DNA of 64,000 nucleotides from Candidatus Eiseniibacteriota bacterium (GTDB lineage Bacteria; Eisenbacteria; RBG-16-71-46): NCBI GenBank assembly GCA_041483195.1, contig JBGPFC010000022.1, positions 1 to 64,000 of the forward strand, read 5' to 3'. Shown piece by piece: positions 61,168 to 64,000 of this stretch (position 1 is its first letter; each line of letters starts with the position of its first letter). The notes under the pieces were generated by a model. It saw only the letters and a program-made list of their open reading frames with translations, ran no database searches and was not told where the DNA came from. The position numbers and the translations under genes were made by a program.

Positions 61168-61584
61168 ATGGCACGTGAACGCACCCTGCTCGAACGATTC
61201 CGCGCGCCCGAGCCGGATGCTGCGCGCACCATTCACGAGAACACCGACCGCCTCGCGAAATCGGTGCTCACCAACCTCAATCAGCTCCTGAACTCGCACC
61301 ACGGCATCGCGCCCATCCGGGAGGATTACGGCATCCCCCCGATCGTGGACGTGCTTCACAATTTCCCGGACGCGATCGCCGGCATGCGCAAGGCGATCAA
61401 GACCACCATCGAGAAGTACGAGCCGAGACTGAAGCGCGTGAACGTCAAGCACGTCGAAGTGCCGGACGATCCGCTCGCGCTGAACTTCGAGATCACCGCC
61501 GAGCTCGTGACCGAGGAAGAAAAAGCCTCGGTGTGGATCTCGACTCGCATCGATGGCTCGGGGCAAGTCCGGGTGAAGGGCTAG
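61168..61584 (+). CDS. tssE: T6SS baseplate TssE (gp25-like)
   Basis: LLERF, LNQLLNS, DYGIP, IEKYEPRL. Confidence 0.93.
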   Translation: MARERTLLERFRAPEPDAARTIHENTDRLAKSVLTNLNQLLNSHHGIAPIREDYGIPPIVDVLHNFPDAIAGMRKAIKTTIEKYEPRLKRVNVKHVEVPDDPLALNFEITAELVTEEEKASVWISTRIDGSGQVRVKG

Positions 61585-61593
61585 GCCGAACCC

Positions 61594-63345
61594 GTGTTCA
61601 ACAAGTACTACCAGGATGAGCTGCAATTCCTCCGCGAGCTGGGCGAGGAATTCTCGAAGGCGCACCCGGCGGCCGCGCACTATCTCTCGGGGCCGGGCCG
61701 CGATCCCGACGTCGAGCGCGTACTCGAGGGCTTCGCGTTTCTCTCCGCGCGCACCCGCCAGAAGCTGGAAGACGAGTTTCCCGAGATCAGCCACGGGCTG
61801 ATCAATCTGCTCTGGCCGCACTACCTGCGGCCGGTGCCGTCCATGGCGATCCTCGAGTTCAGCCCGGTGCTGGCGGCGCTCCGCCAATCGCAGCACATCG
61901 CGCGCGGCGCCGAGGTGCAGTCGGTCCCGGTGGAAGGCACGCCCTGCCGCTTCCGCACCTGCTACGACGTGATGCTGAACCCGATCTCGCTCGAGGAGGT
62001 GGCGCTCGAGACGCGCACCACCGGCGCCTCGCGGCTGCGCATCGGCTTCAAGATCCACCACCAGGCGCAGCCCGCGACGCTGAACCTCGGGCGCCTGCGG
62101 CTCTACCTGCACGGCGAGGCCTCCGTCGCGTACGCGATGTACCTTCACCTGTGCCGCCACGTCGAGGAAGGGCGGGTGTACGCAGGAGCCGGCACTCCCT
62201 CGGTCGACGCGCCGTTCGCTGCGGTGTCGCTCGAGCCGGTGGGCTTCGACGACGACCAGCACGTTCTGCCGTTCCCGCCCGCCTCGTTCCCGGGCTACCG
62301 CCACCTGCAGGAATATTTCGCGCTCCCGCAGAAGTTCATGTTCATCGACGTGCTCGGCCTGGAGGGTCTCGCCGGGCTCCCGGTCGATGAGCGCTTCCAG
62401 ATCGAGCTGCGCTTCGACCAGCAGCTTCCCGCGACGCTCCGGCCCACGCGCGAGGAGATCCGGCTCTACTGCACCCCGATCGTGAACCTGTTCGAGCACG
62501 ACGGCGATCCGATCCGCATCGATCGCACCCAGACCGAGTACCGGGTCAGGCCCGCCGGGCGCGAGCCCTTCCACACCGAGATCTTCAGCGTGAACCAGGT
62601 GACCGCCCACGCCCCGGGGGCCTCGCAGGGGGAGGATCTCACCTACTTCTACTCGTTCGGTCGCGCGATGCTGCAGGAGGACAAGCCGTTCTACTTCACC
62701 CGCCTGCGCCCATCGGTGGTGGACGAGCGGCTCGACACCTACCTGTCGTTCGTGGATTCCCACGGCAAGGCGGTGGAGCACGAGGCCGAGACCGCCGCGA
62801 TCAGGCTCACGTGCACGAATCGCCGCCTCGCCGAGGGATTGCGGGTGGGGGACGTGCGCGAGCCCGGCGACAGCACGCCTTCGTTCGTGAACTTCAAGAA
62901 CCTCACGGCCCCCACGCCGTCCGTGACGCCGCCGCTCGGCGAAGAGCTGCACTGGCGGCTCATGTCGCACCTGTCGCTCAACTACGTGTCGCTGGTGAGC
63001 GTCGATGCGCTGCGCGGCATCCTCGAGCTCTACAACTTCCAGGCGCTGCGCGATCCGCGCGCCGCCCGCGCCAACGCGCTGCGGCTCGAGGGCATCCAGT
63101 CGGTTCGGTCCGAGCCCGGCGAGGCGATGGTGCGTGGCTGCCTGCTGCGCGGGAGCCGGGTCACGCTCGACGTGCTCGAAGATCACTTCGCCGACGCGGG
63201 CGATCTGTACCTGTTCGCGTCGATCCTGAACGAGTTCATCAGCCTTTACGCCACGCTCAATTCGTTCACGCAGCTCATCGTGCGGGGCATGCAGAAGGGG
63301 GAGGTCACCACCTGGCCGCTCCGGATCGGGCGGGATCTCCTGTGA
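61594..63345 (+). CDS. tssF: T6SS baseplate TssF
   Basis: YYQDELQFLRELGEEF, DPDVERVLEGFAFL, LYCTPIVNLF, WRLMSHLSLNY. Confidence 0.97.
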   Translation: MFNKYYQDELQFLRELGEEFSKAHPAAAHYLSGPGRDPDVERVLEGFAFLSARTRQKLEDEFPEISHGLINLLWPHYLRPVPSMAILEFSPVLAALRQSQHIARGAEVQSVPVEGTPCRFRTCYDVMLNPISLEEVALETRTTGASRLRIGFKIHHQAQPATLNLGRLRLYLHGEASVAYAMYLHLCRHVEEGRVYAGAGTPSVDAPFAAVSLEPVGFDDDQHVLPFPPASFPGYRHLQEYFALPQKFMFIDVLGLEGLAGLPVDERFQIELRFDQQLPATLRPTREEIRLYCTPIVNLFEHDGDPIRIDRTQTEYRVRPAGREPFHTEIFSVNQVTAHAPGASQGEDLTYFYSFGRAMLQEDKPFYFTRLRPSVVDERLDTYLSFVDSHGKAVEHEAETAAIRLTCTNRRLAEGLRVGDVREPGDSTPSFVNFKNLTAPTPSVTPPLGEELHWRLMSHLSLNYVSLVSVDALRGILELYNFQALRDPRAARANALRLEGIQSVRSEPGEAMVRGCLLRGSRVTLDVLEDHFADAGDLYLFASILNEFISLYATLNSFTQLIVRGMQKGEVTTWPLRIGRDLL

Positions 63346-64000
63346 GCGAGCAGCTATTGCGGGACTGCCGCCGGTACTCGTTCTTCCAGCTCGTGCAGTG
63401 GCTGGTGCGCGAGCGTGCCGACGCCTTCTCGCCCGGAGGCGTGGGGCCCGCGAGCCGCGAGAACATCCGCTTCCGCGCCAACGCCAGCCTGGGCTTCGCC
63501 GCGTCCGACGTCGAGACCGTCGAGCCCATCCCCGGCCCGGACGGCGAAGCGGAGGGGCGTTATCGGGTCACCGTGAACTTCATGGGGATCTACGGCCCGT
63601 CTTCTCCGCTGCCGACGCATTTCACGGAGGACGTGCTGTGGGCCGGGCCCGAAGGCGAGGGCGCGCGCGACTTCCTCGACCTCTTCAATCATCGGGTCAT
63701 CTCGCTGTTCTACCGCGCGTGGCAGAAGTACCGGCATCCGGTCCTGTTCGATCCCCGGGCCCTCGACGAGGTCACGCGCCGCACGCTCTGCCTGATGGGC
63801 CTCGGCACGCCGGGCATGGAATCGGGCGCCGGGCTCCCGCTCGTGCCGCTGCTCCGCACCGCGGGGCTGCTCGGCGCGAGACAGCGCTCGGCCGCCGGGC
63901 TCGAGTGTTTCCTGGCGTCCCACTTCCCGGGCGTCTCGGTGCGGGTGCAATCCTGCGTCGAGCGCTGGGAGCGCATTCCCGAGGCGGACCGCATGCGGCT
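63342..64000 (+). CDS. tssG: T6SS baseplate TssG (3' end outside window)
   Basis: GTG overlapping tssF stop; RYSFFQLV, NFMGIYGPSSPLP, DFLDLFNHRVISLFYRAWQKY. Confidence 0.93.
   Translation, partial: MSEQLLRDCRRYSFFQLVQWLVRERADAFSPGGVGPASRENIRFRANASLGFAASDVETVEPIPGPDGEAEGRYRVTVNFMGIYGPSSPLPTHFTEDVLWAGPEGEGARDFLDLFNHRVISLFYRAWQKYRHPVLFDPRALDEVTRRTLCLMGLGTPGMESGAGLPLVPLLRTAGLLGARQRSAAGLECFLASHFPGVSVRVQSCVERWERIPEADRMR

Overview
High-GC diderm bacterial chromosome segment. FlgD/T9SS-like C-terminal domains, a PorV-like barrel and LpxH suggest an FCB-related lineage such as Ca. Eisenbacteria (inference, not tested). 1-36.9 kb is mostly housekeeping and envelope genes: end of a cytochrome c oxidase operon, tRNA-fMet, eno-ftsB, an ECF sigma/anti-sigma operon, an rlmN-NtrY/NtrX-like operon, ppx, lpxH, degP, an amidase, a tandem 5'-nucleotidase and lpdA. 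37-64 kb is an FHA/PP2C/Ser-Thr kinase signalling cluster running into a proteobacterial-type type VI secretion locus (tssJKLM-A-BC-hcp-EFG, cut by the window end). The best candidate for an undescribed system is at 17.1-25.1 kb. A small secreted protein gene precedes a receiver-less TPR-GAF-AAA+ sigma54 activator. Next come AT-rich dyads, a correctly spaced -24/-12 promoter and a ~340-nt highly base-paired region with no convincing ORF (candidate ncRNA). A second sigma54 promoter then precedes an operon of exported proteins, two of which share a CYDCH...FDPYYxxC motif, ending in a PorV-like gene. All product calls come from motif recognition by eye; no searches were run.
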